From the NCBI RefSeq assembly GCF_000737315.1, contig NZ_JMCB01000002.1:20001-268000 (forward strand): 248,000 bases of DNA. Direction: 5' to 3'. The stretch is from Hyalangium minutum. GTDB taxonomy: Bacteria; Myxococcota; Myxococcia; Myxococcales; Myxococcaceae. Both the position numbers and the translations under genes were made by a program. Below the pieces are notes generated by a model. It was not told the DNA's origin and ran no database searches. It saw nothing but the letters and a program-made list of their open reading frames with translations. Position 1 is the first letter of the stretch; the number at the start of each line of letters is the position of its first letter. Shown piece by piece: positions 230,908-240,415 of this stretch.

Positions 230908-231809
230908 TGGCGGTCATCAGCTTGCTGGGCGTGTGCCTGGTGCTCGGAGTGCTCGCGCGTCGCACAGACCGTTTTCCACCGCAGACGGTCCCGGTGCTCA
231001 ACTCGTTCATCATCGCGGTCGCCTTGCCTGCGCTCGTACTGCGCGTGGTGCACAAGTTGGAGTTCCATGCCGCCCTGCTGGCGGCCGCCGCTTCGCCGTG
231101 GGTCGTCTTCGTGGTGGCGGTCGCGCTGTTCCGCGGCGTGGGGGCTCGTGTGGGGCTGAAGCGGGAGTCCATCGCCGCGCTCGTGCTTACGGGGGGCCTG
231201 AGCAACACCGCCTTCGTGGGCTTGCCCATGGCCGAGGCGCTGCTGGGACGCGAGGGGCTCGCGGTGGCGGTGGTGGTGGATCAGCTCGGGACCTTCCTCG
231301 TGCTGGCCACGCTCGCGACGCTCTTCGCCGCGCGGGCCTCCGCGGGAGAGGGCGAGGCCCTTCGCCCCGCCGCGCTCATGCGCAAGGTGGTGACGTTCCC
231401 ACCGTTCATCGCGCTCGTCCTGGCGTTGGTGCTGCGGCCGCTGCACTTCCCGGAGTGGGTGGACACGGTGCTGGAGCGGCTGGGGTCGACGCTCACGCCG
231501 CTCGCGCTCTTCTCCGTGGGGTTTCAGCTCCAGCTCCGAGGCTTGAGGGCCAGGGCCGGTGGGTTGGCCCTGGGATTGGTCTTCAAGCTGGTGCTGGCGC
231601 CGGCGCTGGTGGTGCTCGCGCTATGGGCCCTGCCGGTGGAGCCCATCGTCCGCAAGGCCACCCTCATGCAGAACGCCATGGCCCCCATGGTCAGCGGTGC
231701 CATCCTGGCCTCCGAGCACAAGCTGGATCCAGAACTCGCCGCGCTCATGGTGGGCTTCGGCATCCCCCTGAGCTTCCTCACCGTGCTGATATGGATGCAG
231801 TGGGTGTGA
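230904..231809 (+). CDS. AEC family transporter
   Basis: SNTAFVGLP; TPLALF. Confidence 0.88.
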   Translation: MMAVISLLGVCLVLGVLARRTDRFPPQTVPVLNSFIIAVALPALVLRVVHKLEFHAALLAAAASPWVVFVVAVALFRGVGARVGLKRESIAALVLTGGLSNTAFVGLPMAEALLGREGLAVAVVVDQLGTFLVLATLATLFAARASAGEGEALRPAALMRKVVTFPPFIALVLALVLRPLHFPEWVDTVLERLGSTLTPLALFSVGFQLQLRGLRARAGGLALGLVFKLVLAPALVVLALWALPVEPIVRKATLMQNAMAPMVSGAILASEHKLDPELAALMVGFGIPLSFLTVLIWMQWV

Positions 231810-231834
231810 GGACGCGCAATTCGGAAGTCCTATA

Positions 231835-232680
231835 TTGAAAGTGGGGTCTCCCTTGAGAGTGAGCGCCTATTGCCTGTGTGGGCTCTTGGCGGTGGCGTGC
231901 GCCGCGCCGAGCTCGGGGACGGCCTTCCGTGAGCCCACGGACTGTGTGCTCGATGCGCAGCCGGAGGTCATCCCGGTTCCCGAGCCCATCGAAGGTGAGC
232001 TCAACGAGGCGTTCGACTTCCCCGATTCGCCCGGGTGGTGGGCTCCCGCGCCCATAGACCCCGAGCGTGAGCAGTACCGCGCGGCGCTGGTGTCCCGATT
232101 GGGCGGTGGGCAGGGTCTCCAGCCCCGGGCCCTCATGGAACGGCAGCGTGCCGTCCACGTGACGCTCCCAGGCGACCGCGCCCGCGAGGCCGAGAACATC
232201 GACGCTATCCTTCAAGGCAGGGCCGGCACTCTGGGCACGGCCTCCTGTCTGGAGTGGCGTCTCTTCCAGCGTCAGGCGCACCGCTTCCCCATGATCGAGC
232301 GTCCCACGGAGTTCGGTGCCTACGTCCTGCGCGGCCACGGGCGCATTCGCGTCTATCTCTCGGGCGCCGATCGCGTCGGCGGGAAGCTGCGCCATGAAGT
232401 GCGAGACCAGGTCGTCGCCGATGTGGCTCAGGGATTCGCGCCCGTGGCCCACCTCCACAACCACCCGTTCATGTTCGACCGCAAGCCGGGAGACCGGACC
232501 TGGGCCACCGAGGACACCCTCCAGGACATCGCCGGAGCGCTCTCTCCCAGCCTCACCGATGTGCAGGCCTATCGCGGGATGCGCGAGCACTTCGGACTGC
232601 AGGGCGCCTGGGTCACCAACGGGCTCGACACCTCGCGCTTCTCCGCCGCGGACTTCGATCGGCTCTCCGCGTGGCCATGA
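231835..232680 (+). CDS. Lipoprotein with JAB/MPN-like motif
   Basis: Lipobox AVAC; HLHNHP...SPSLTD. Confidence 0.5.
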   Translation: MKVGSPLRVSAYCLCGLLAVACAAPSSGTAFREPTDCVLDAQPEVIPVPEPIEGELNEAFDFPDSPGWWAPAPIDPEREQYRAALVSRLGGGQGLQPRALMERQRAVHVTLPGDRAREAENIDAILQGRAGTLGTASCLEWRLFQRQAHRFPMIERPTEFGAYVLRGHGRIRVYLSGADRVGGKLRHEVRDQVVADVAQGFAPVAHLHNHPFMFDRKPGDRTWATEDTLQDIAGALSPSLTDVQAYRGMREHFGLQGAWVTNGLDTSRFSAADFDRLSAWP

Positions 232681-232698
232681 ACGCGCCGCCGCGGACGC

Positions 232699-233220
232699 TC
232701 ACGCCAGCTTGCGCGTGAGCTCCACGAACACCGTCTCCCTCGCACCTCGGAGCCTCGGCGGGAAGCGCTTGTCCTCACGGTAGCCCTGGCGCTCCCAGAA
232801 GCGTCGCCCGCCCTCGTTCTGCTCCGCGCAGGCCAGCCGCATCCGCCACGCCCCCTGCGAACGCGCCCAGTCCTCCGCCGCTCGCAGCACGCGCTCGCCC
232901 AGCCCCTTTCCGCGCACGCCCGGCTCGAAGAGCAACAGCCCCAGGTACCACTCGCCCGGCTCTCGGAAGTCCCGCAGCAGATCCAACGCGCCCACCAGCC
233001 TCGGGCGAGGCGTGAAGAGGCCGAAGAAGAACTTGTCCGCGAGCAACTTGCCCGGCGGTAGCTCCTTCAGTTGGTGGCTGGCTTCATCCGGACCGGCTGG
233101 CTGGCCTTCAATGAGCACGTGGTAGTCCGCGCACGCGTCGCACAGCGCCTGGAGGGCCGCCGCGTCCTTCTCATCGAGCCGGCGCACTGTCAGGCCGGTA
233201 TCCGCGGGGATTTGCAGCAC
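232699..233220 (-). CDS. GNAT acetyltransferase
   Basis: RGKGLG; FWERQGY. Confidence 0.9.
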   Translation of the reverse strand: MLQIPADTGLTVRRLDEKDAAALQALCDACADYHVLIEGQPAGPDEASHQLKELPPGKLLADKFFFGLFTPRPRLVGALDLLRDFREPGEWYLGLLLFEPGVRGKGLGERVLRAAEDWARSQGAWRMRLACAEQNEGGRRFWERQGYREDKRFPPRLRGARETVFVELTRKLA

Positions 233221-233327
233221 TCCGCGACTCTCGCACAGGCAACTCGCAGAGGAACAACTTCATCGGGGCGCGAGGGCGTGGTGCCTCCGCCTCGCTCCTC
233301 CCTTCATGTAGGGGAGGAGCCGTGGCT

Positions 233328-233534
233328 CTACGCGTTGGCCGTGGCCGCGTACGTCAGCTCCAGGCCGTTGCCCTTCACCTTCATCCGCGGCCGCGACAGC
233401 CAGTGGCACTTCGGGCAGTAGCTGCTCGCCCCCGCTGGCGTCGCGCGGATCGTCACCTCTCCACCGCACAGCAGGCACCCCTCGGGGAGGGTGAACTCCG
233501 CGAACCGATCACCTTTCAGCTCTGGAATCATCAT
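233328..233534 (-). CDS. Small zinc-ribbon protein
   Basis: CLLC and CPKC. Confidence 0.6.
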   Translation of the reverse strand: MMIPELKGDRFAEFTLPEGCLLCGGEVTIRATPAGASSYCPKCHWLSRPRMKVKGNGLELTYAATANA

Positions 233535-233737
233535 GTCTTTGACGTAACGCAGAATTCGCGCATCACAAGTCGACCGTTCACCTTCGCGGCATTGACAGCA
233601 GCCAGCCAGGCGAGCCCTCCTGAAGTCTTTACAGAGGCACTCTCAAGTGTTGCTCCTGCACGCCGCAACCCCTTGAAACCACTGCCCCCGGTTGGCACGC
233701 GTCTTTCAAGCAAAAGCATCCCGAGGGGGAGGGGTGG

Positions 233738-233971
233738 ATGGCGGATATCGATCAAGTGGTGCTGTTCCAGGATCGGCAGGGGTGGAGTGTGAAGGTGCTC
233801 CTGCGCAAGGGGGGCTCCCGGCGCTACCGCTACGCCAGCGAGGCGCAAGCGCGCTACTTCGCCGCCGTGTTCGAGCTCGGGCCGCGGCAGTTGCCGCCCA
233901 CCGCGCAGGTCAGCCGCCGCATGCGACGGAGTGCCTCCTCGGGCGCACTCCCCGTGGACCGGATCGGGTAG
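233738..233971 (+). CDS. Small hypothetical protein (QARYFA motif)
   Basis: Similar to 6872..7096. Confidence 0.55.
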   Translation: MADIDQVVLFQDRQGWSVKVLLRKGGSRRYRYASEAQARYFAAVFELGPRQLPPTAQVSRRMRRSASSGALPVDRIG

Positions 233972-234058
233972 CCCGGCGGCCCGGCCGCCTGGCGGGAGGT
234001 TTCCACTACCCAAGCGGGCACGTTTCGGAGAGGCTGTGTAGGTTCGCAGGAGATCACC

Positions 234059-234340
234059 ATGAGCGACACCTCCAAGCCCTTCGTCCTTCCCTCCCACCGT
234101 GAGCAGGTCACCCTGGAGCCGGATCCGGCTGGCCGCTGGTCCGACAAGTTCCCCGAGATGATTGGCTACAAGAGCCAGGGTGGCGGCAAGGTGCCCGCGG
234201 ACTTCACCTGGCGCACCAATCCCAAGCAGTGGCAGGAGGAGATGACGCCGGAGACGCTGGCCGAGCGCTACGAGAAGCGCCGCGTGCTGCCCGCCGCTCC
234301 CGCCGCTCCCGCGCTGCCTGAGGGCGCCAAGAAGGAGTAG
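234059..234340 (+). CDS. Small hypothetical protein
   Basis: RBS ggag; 93 aa. Confidence 0.55.
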   Translation: MSDTSKPFVLPSHREQVTLEPDPAGRWSDKFPEMIGYKSQGGGKVPADFTWRTNPKQWQEEMTPETLAERYEKRRVLPAAPAAPALPEGAKKE

Positions 234341-234359
234341 GCGCGTCTTTCGAGCCGCT

Positions 234360-235541
234360 TCAGTGGAACGGAAGGGCCGCGAGCCGCTCCCGGAACATCT
234401 CCAGCGCCTCGCGCAGCTCCACGTCCTCCAGCCCCTCGCCAGGGGCGCGGCGGTGCTTGCGCAGGAAGGCATCGAAGGCCGCCGAGCGGCCATAGAGCTG
234501 GCTCGCCCTCTCCAGGGCCTCCAGCAGCACCCGCTCGGCTCCCGGTGAGCCCAGGTAGAGGTGCATCACGGCCTGCTCCAGCTTCGCGCCGCAGGCCGCC
234601 CACACCGCCCGGTCGTGCACCGTGAGCACCTGGGTGGTGAGCTCCTCGGCCACCCGCTCCAGCACCGCCAAGACCGGCTGCACCGCGCGCAGCAGCACCT
234701 CGCCCTCCACCCGGGGCTCGCGCGCCAGCTGCTGCAGCTGCTCGCGCAGCTCGATCAGGGTCCGCTTGTCGCGGGTGCGCATCGTCAGCGAGGCCGGCAT
234801 CGCCGCGAAGGACGAGAGGCTCTCCTCCACCTGCCGCGCGAGCGCCGGGAGCCCCTCGGGCGCTGTGCGCGCCACCCGCTCGAGCTTGCTCTGCAGCGAG
234901 CGGCGCAGGTCCATCACCGCGCTTCGCAGCCCCACCGCCGCCGCCATCTGCAGCCCGAACCCAGGGACCACCTCTTCGCGGCTCACTGCCTCGAAGGCCG
235001 CCGCCGTCAGGTACACCAGGTCTCCGATTCGCGAGCGGAAGTCGAGGCGGAAGGACTGCAGCTCCGTCATCAGCGCCCAGCGGTCCGTCACCACCTCCGG
235101 GCGGCGAACCCGCTCGCCCAGATCCGCCACCCGCCGCGCCAGCCGCTCCGCGCTCTGCTGGCAGACGGCCTCCACCTCCCGCGCCAGCCGCTCGTCCGCG
235201 CTGGCCGGGGGCGGCCTCCAGCCCGTGTCGCCTCCCGCCGAGCGCTCGGGGGCCGGGAACTGCGTGCGGATGACCGTGATGAGGTGGTTCACGTCTCCCA
235301 GCGTCTCTCCCAGCGCAGGGGCCATGGTCTCCCATAGCGAGAGGTCTGCTCCGTCCGGCTCGGCCGTGGTGGGCTCGTACTTGACGATGCTCAGGTACCC
235401 CAGCCGATCAATGGCCACCGCCGCGGCCCGGTACACCTGCTCCAACTGCTCGGCGTGCTCCCGATCCGTCAGTGCTTCGAGCAGCGCTTCGAGGCGCGGC
235501 GGGAGGGCGTCTTGAGGCGGGCGGGACATGGCCGTGAGCAT
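234360..235541 (-). CDS. Hypothetical helical protein
   Basis: 393-aa ORF. Confidence 0.6.
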   Translation of the reverse strand: MLTAMSRPPQDALPPRLEALLEALTDREHAEQLEQVYRAAAVAIDRLGYLSIVKYEPTTAEPDGADLSLWETMAPALGETLGDVNHLITVIRTQFPAPERSAGGDTGWRPPPASADERLAREVEAVCQQSAERLARRVADLGERVRRPEVVTDRWALMTELQSFRLDFRSRIGDLVYLTAAAFEAVSREEVVPGFGLQMAAAVGLRSAVMDLRRSLQSKLERVARTAPEGLPALARQVEESLSSFAAMPASLTMRTRDKRTLIELREQLQQLAREPRVEGEVLLRAVQPVLAVLERVAEELTTQVLTVHDRAVWAACGAKLEQAVMHLYLGSPGAERVLLEALERASQLYGRSAAFDAFLRKHRRAPGEGLEDVELREALEMFRERLAALPFH

Positions 235542-235662
235542 AGGGATGGGAAAGCTCGGGTATCAGGAACGTCTAACCGGGACGCTACCGCAAGTCCGAG
235601 AAAACCCCTCGATCGAGGCCACGAGCAAGGCTAGACACGGGCGCCTGCCCTCTGGAGCCCCC

Positions 235663-237216
235663 ATGCGCCTGAGCCTTGCTTCCCTTTTGGCCATTCTCTG
235701 TGTCAGTTGCAGCACTACCCCTCCGCCGTCTCCCACGCCTCCTCCGCCTCCCACGCCTCCGCTGTCGCCCGAGGCCACCGCCGTCTTCGCCCGCGCCGAG
235801 GCGCCCGGTCCTGGCGCCGCGCTCGTGGTGAACCTGGACGCCTTCGAGGCGCTGGGGCTCGCGGGCAAGGGGCCCACGATGCAGCAGCTGGCCAGCGTGT
235901 CCACCGCCATCATGTCCCAGCTCTCGACGGCGGAGGGCTCGGAGGGCCAGTTCTTCGCCCGGGGCGCCGTGGTGAGCGCCCTGCTGCGAGACTGGGCGAA
236001 GTGGCCCGGCCTGCGCCGTATTGCCTTCCTCGTCCCCTCGGACCGCGTCCTGGCGGACGGGGCTGGGGTTCTCCCCCAGGTGGCCGTGGGTGCATTGGCT
236101 GTGGATGAGGGCTCTCCGGACAACGCCCAGCTGCTCTCCGCCGTCGTCGCGCTTGTGCGTGCCGCGGCCGTGGAGGTGACACGTGAGGGCGCTGACCCCC
236201 GCGTCGTTCTCCAGGGACAGGACGTGTGCGTGGTGGGGAAGGAGCTGGGCTTCCCGGTGTGCGTCCGTCCCCGGCGCGGGCTGATCCTGTTCGGCACGCC
236301 CACGGCCCTGGGGGCGCTCGAGGCGCTGCCGCCCGTCACCGCACCGGCTGCCGCTCCCGGTGAGGCACCGCTGCTGCTGGGCCTGCGCGTGGATTTGGGC
236401 GCCAAGGGCCGCGCGCGCCTGGCCTTCACCGGCCGCGATGCGGTGCGTCTCGCGCTCCACGTGGAGGGCACCACCGCGAAGGACATCGCCATGGCCGAGT
236501 CCTTGGTGAAGAAGGCGCTCACGGATTACGACGCGCACCAGGCCGAGGTGCGTCAGCGCATCGCCACCGGCCTGTCCGAGGTGCAGCGCTCCATTGCCCA
236601 GGATCCCGCCGCGCCGGCCACGCTGAAGCAGGCGGCCACGGGCCTCACCGCGGACCGGGTGGTGGACGAGAAGGGCTACTGGGCCCAGGCGCGCCAGTCC
236701 GTGCAGGTGTCCTCCACGCAGGACAGCCTCTCCCTGTCGCTCACCGTCCCCGCGGGTGCGGTGAAGGACATGTCCGAGCAGATGGCCTCCGGCGGCACCC
236801 CCGTGGCCCTGGTGGGCATCATGGCCGCCATCGCCATCCCCAACTTCATCAAGTTCCAGGCGCGCGCCAAGCAGTCCGAGGCGAAGATGAACCTCAAGGC
236901 GGCCTATGTCGCCCAGCGCGCCTACGTGATGGAGAAGGACCGGTTGGGCCGCACCTTCGAGGAGATCGGCTTCGCGCCGGAGCCGGGCCGCCGTTACACC
237001 TACTGCATGGGCAAGCAGTGCCTGCCCTGTGACAGGAAGGACTGCAAAGTGGCGCCGGAGCCCTCGCCGTGCCAGGGGCTCACCACGCTGGGCAAGAGCG
237101 CGAATGACAACTTCTCCATCTGCGCGTACGGCAACGTGGACTCGGACGCCGCCTGGGATGTGTGGGTCATCGACAAGAGCGGCGAGCCGGAGAACCTGAG
237201 CAACGACATGGAGTAA
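235663..237216 (+). CDS. Lipoprotein with C-terminal type IV pilin-like domain
   Basis: Lipobox CVSC; GIMAAIAIPNFIKFQARAKQSEAKMNLK. Confidence 0.7.
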   Translation: MRLSLASLLAILCVSCSTTPPPSPTPPPPPTPPLSPEATAVFARAEAPGPGAALVVNLDAFEALGLAGKGPTMQQLASVSTAIMSQLSTAEGSEGQFFARGAVVSALLRDWAKWPGLRRIAFLVPSDRVLADGAGVLPQVAVGALAVDEGSPDNAQLLSAVVALVRAAAVEVTREGADPRVVLQGQDVCVVGKELGFPVCVRPRRGLILFGTPTALGALEALPPVTAPAAAPGEAPLLLGLRVDLGAKGRARLAFTGRDAVRLALHVEGTTAKDIAMAESLVKKALTDYDAHQAEVRQRIATGLSEVQRSIAQDPAAPATLKQAATGLTADRVVDEKGYWAQARQSVQVSSTQDSLSLSLTVPAGAVKDMSEQMASGGTPVALVGIMAAIAIPNFIKFQARAKQSEAKMNLKAAYVAQRAYVMEKDRLGRTFEEIGFAPEPGRRYTYCMGKQCLPCDRKDCKVAPEPSPCQGLTTLGKSANDNFSICAYGNVDSDAAWDVWVIDKSGEPENLSNDME

Positions 237217-237277
237217 CAGACCAGGCAGGCAGGCACTTCCCCCCGGTCCGGCATAGAGTGGGGCCGGGGAGGAAGAC

Positions 237278-240200
237278 ATGAACGTCCGGTCCCGCCGCCG
237301 GCTCATTGCTGGCGGCATCTGTGCGGTGCTCGCGGGAGTCTCGCTCGCTGTTCTCAGCTCGCAGAGGTGTTTGTCCGCCTGGATCTTCCAGGGCGTGAAG
237401 GTGAGGCAGTGCCCGGATGGGCGCTTCCGGCAGACGGTGGGGCTGCAGGTGGATGGGCTGGCCCGTGAGCGCAGCGGCTCCGTGCGCGCCTGGGCCCTGG
237501 CCCATGGCGTGGGCAAGTCCTACAGCCAGGAGCTGCTGGCGCGCATGAAGCCCTCGAAGGCCGAGCTGGTGCTCCTGGATGCCGCGGGCCAGGAGACGCC
237601 GCTGAAGCCCGAGAAGGACTGGAAGCGGGAGGACAACGGAGACCTCTGGGCCGAGCTGAAGCTGCCCGCGCTCCCCGATGGCGACTACCGGCTGCGCGCT
237701 CGCATCACCACGCGCCTGGGCACGGACACCGTGGAGACCGCGCTTCCTTTATATGCACCCGCGCGAGTCCACGTTCTCACGGATCGCCCGCTCTACGAGC
237801 CCGGCCACCGCGTGCAGTTCCGCGCCGTGGCCCTGCGCGCCAAGGGACTGAGCCCCCTGGATGGGCGCCCGGGGACGTGGACGGTGGTGGACCCCAACGG
237901 AGACGTGGTGGTGGAGGAGCGGTCCCCCGCCGGTCCCTGGGGCGTGGTGTCTGGTGCCTTCCCGCTGGACCGCGGCGCGCCCACGGGCACGTGGACCGTG
238001 CGGTGGCTGAGCGGTGGCACCAGCGGAGAGGCTTCCTTCCGGGTGGAGCCCTTCACCCTGCCGCGCTTCCGGGTGGAGGCCTCCAGCCCTCAGGCCTTCT
238101 GGCGCGCGGGTGACGCGCCCGTGGTGGAGGGACAGGTGCTCTACAGCTCTGGAGCGCCCGTCGCGGGCGCGAAGGTGTCGCTGGAGTGGAATCACTTCGG
238201 AGGCTGGCCGCCTCCCACCGAGTGGTTCGATGGAGGCGGGCTGCCCGTCGCGGCGAAGGCGGATGCGGCCGGCCGCTTCCGGGTAACTCTGCCGCGCGTG
238301 CCTCAGGATCTGCGAGGCCAGGTCACGCTCTCCGCCAGCGTGGCGGCCACGGACCCTGCGGGCGATACCGTGCGCGGTGGCGTCTCCCTGCTGCTCTCCG
238401 AGGATGCGCTCGCCGTCTCCGCCGTGACCGAGCTGGAGTCCGGGTTGGTGGAGAACTACAGCAACCGCGTGTTCATCCGGGCCACCACTGCGGATGGGCA
238501 GGCGCTCCCAGGCGCCGAGCTCACCGTGAAGCGCGCGTGGGACCCCAAGGATCCGGGTGTGAAGACAGTGGCGGACGAGGATGGGGTCGCGTCCTTGCAG
238601 CTGGATCCGGGCGTCGCCGTCAACGTCGTTGTCCCCGCCATGCCCGTGCGCCGCAAGCCGCTGCCGAACCCGGTGGAGCTGATGGGCTCGAGTGACCTGC
238701 TCTCTCGCGACGAGGAGGCGGGCCTGGGGGATCAGGTGGCCCTGGAGAAGTGGCTGCCCGCCTTCTTCCCCTGCGCGCGCTTCATCGTCCCCGACTCGGC
238801 GGACACCGACCAGCAGCTGTCCGTCCGGGTGAGCTCCAGCGGAGCGGTGGTGGATGTGGTGGGCGAGCAGGGGCGGCTCTCGGCCTGTCTCGCGGATGCA
238901 GCCCGCACGCGGACGCTGCCTCCGGGGCGCGAGCGCATGCTGAACCTGACCCTGCAGCTCGTGGATCCCCAGCTGCCCACGCTCGGGGTCGAGATGAAGG
239001 CCGCGAACGACGGGCCCGTGGATTCGCGGCTCTATGCGGCGCTGGAAGAGGCGGCCCGTGATGCGCGCCCGTGTCTGCCCGCGAAGCTCTCCGAGGCGTC
239101 CGATGTGCCCGCCACCCTCCGGTGGCGGCTCCGGGCAGGCCAGAAGGATGTGGAGGTGGGGTGGGTGCCCGTCGAGAAGCAGGAAGGCGTCCCGATGCTC
239201 TCCTCCACGGTGCTCTCCTGCCTCCAGGCCCGGTTCTCGCGCCTGTCACTGCGCGATAGCTCGGATGAAGAGGTGGAGGCCTCGGACGAAGAGAGGGCAG
239301 GAGGGACCAAGGCGCAGCAGGACCAGATGGGCGTGGCGCTTCTCACGGCGGAGCCCGCGGAGGGCGATGGAGGCGAGGCTCGGGCGCAGGACACCACGCG
239401 CCTCGGCTTCGAGCTGATGGTGAGCGCCCAGGTGGAGGGCAAGGATGCCGGCTCTACGAAGCTCTTCCTGCCGCCCACGCGGCTGCCCACTCAGCGTCTG
239501 CGCGCCACACCTGCGCTGGCTCGCGCTGGCGAGGAGGTGCGTGTGGAGCTGCTCCGAGGTCCTGGCTTCAGTGGCTCACTGCCAGAGAAGCTCTGGTTGA
239601 GCGCGGGAGGAGAGCGGCTGGAGTCCCAGGTGGATTCGAAGTCCCGCGTGGCGACCTTCCGCCTGCCGGAGCAGTTCGAGGGCTGGGCCCAGGTGGACTG
239701 GGGAACAGCGGTGGCTCGCATCTACGTGGCGCCTCGCGCGCAGCTCTCCGTGGAGGTGGCTCCTGAGAAGCCCTCCTATGCTCCCGGTGAGGTGGCCCGC
239801 CTGCTGCTGCGCACCCGTGTGGATGGGAAGGACGGCCCCGCCGCCGTGGGCCTCTTCGGTGTGGATGAAGGGCTGGCGCAGCTGGCCTCGCTGCCGGGGC
239901 CGGGAGTGCTTGGGAGCCTGAGGCCCGCGCCCACGCTGGTCAGCTCCGCGTTCGGAGTGCTCGATGGACAGGCGCTCGCCATGGGCCGCATCCGAGGCGC
240001 CAACGCCGTGGCGGCCACCCTGCTGCGCGTCAGCTCGGCGCCCACCGTGGAGGAGTCGGACCCATCGCTGTCGCTCACCGCGCAGGCCGCCTTCGAGCCG
240101 GAGGCGGAGCTGACGGAGCCCTTCTACCGGGTGCTCGCTGAGCTGACCTCCCAGGTGCGTGTCTGGGAGGAGAAGGCTCCGGAAGGGGAGACGCTGAGCC

Positions 240201-240415
240201 CCGAGGGCATGGCGAAGCTGTGGGAGCAGGCGCTGGCGGCCTGCGAGAAGCGCGGAGAGCCGGTGACGGATGCCTACGGGCGCCGTCTGAAGCTGTCACG
240301 GCTGCCGCCCGAGCTGCTGGCCCTCACCGATCCCCGCATGGTGGTGGTGGGAGGGACGCGGCTGTCCGAAGACGTCGAGAACTGGGGCCAGTGGGTTGCC
240401 CGGGAGGCGCCATGA
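237278..240415 (+). CDS. MG2 domain (alpha-2-macroglobulin N-half-like) protein
   Basis: TDRPLYEPG; FRVEPFTLPRF; GVDEG. Confidence 0.8.
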   Translation: MNVRSRRRLIAGGICAVLAGVSLAVLSSQRCLSAWIFQGVKVRQCPDGRFRQTVGLQVDGLARERSGSVRAWALAHGVGKSYSQELLARMKPSKAELVLLDAAGQETPLKPEKDWKREDNGDLWAELKLPALPDGDYRLRARITTRLGTDTVETALPLYAPARVHVLTDRPLYEPGHRVQFRAVALRAKGLSPLDGRPGTWTVVDPNGDVVVEERSPAGPWGVVSGAFPLDRGAPTGTWTVRWLSGGTSGEASFRVEPFTLPRFRVEASSPQAFWRAGDAPVVEGQVLYSSGAPVAGAKVSLEWNHFGGWPPPTEWFDGGGLPVAAKADAAGRFRVTLPRVPQDLRGQVTLSASVAATDPAGDTVRGGVSLLLSEDALAVSAVTELESGLVENYSNRVFIRATTADGQALPGAELTVKRAWDPKDPGVKTVADEDGVASLQLDPGVAVNVVVPAMPVRRKPLPNPVELMGSSDLLSRDEEAGLGDQVALEKWLPAFFPCARFIVPDSADTDQQLSVRVSSSGAVVDVVGEQGRLSACLADAARTRTLPPGRERMLNLTLQLVDPQLPTLGVEMKAANDGPVDSRLYAALEEAARDARPCLPAKLSEASDVPATLRWRLRAGQKDVEVGWVPVEKQEGVPMLSSTVLSCLQARFSRLSLRDSSDEEVEASDEERAGGTKAQQDQMGVALLTAEPAEGDGGEARAQDTTRLGFELMVSAQVEGKDAGSTKLFLPPTRLPTQRLRATPALARAGEEVRVELLRGPGFSGSLPEKLWLSAGGERLESQVDSKSRVATFRLPEQFEGWAQVDWGTAVARIYVAPRAQLSVEVAPEKPSYAPGEVARLLLRTRVDGKDGPAAVGLFGVDEGLAQLASLPGPGVLGSLRPAPTLVSSAFGVLDGQALAMGRIRGANAVAATLLRVSSAPTVEESDPSLSLTAQAAFEPEAELTEPFYRVLAELTSQVRVWEEKAPEGETLSPEGMAKLWEQALAACEKRGEPVTDAYGRRLKLSRLPPELLALTDPRMVVVGGTRLSEDVENWGQWVAREAP

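Noticed and set aside
233693-233710. TGGCACG sigma-54-like motif
   Set aside because: The -12 GC is missing at the required spacing.
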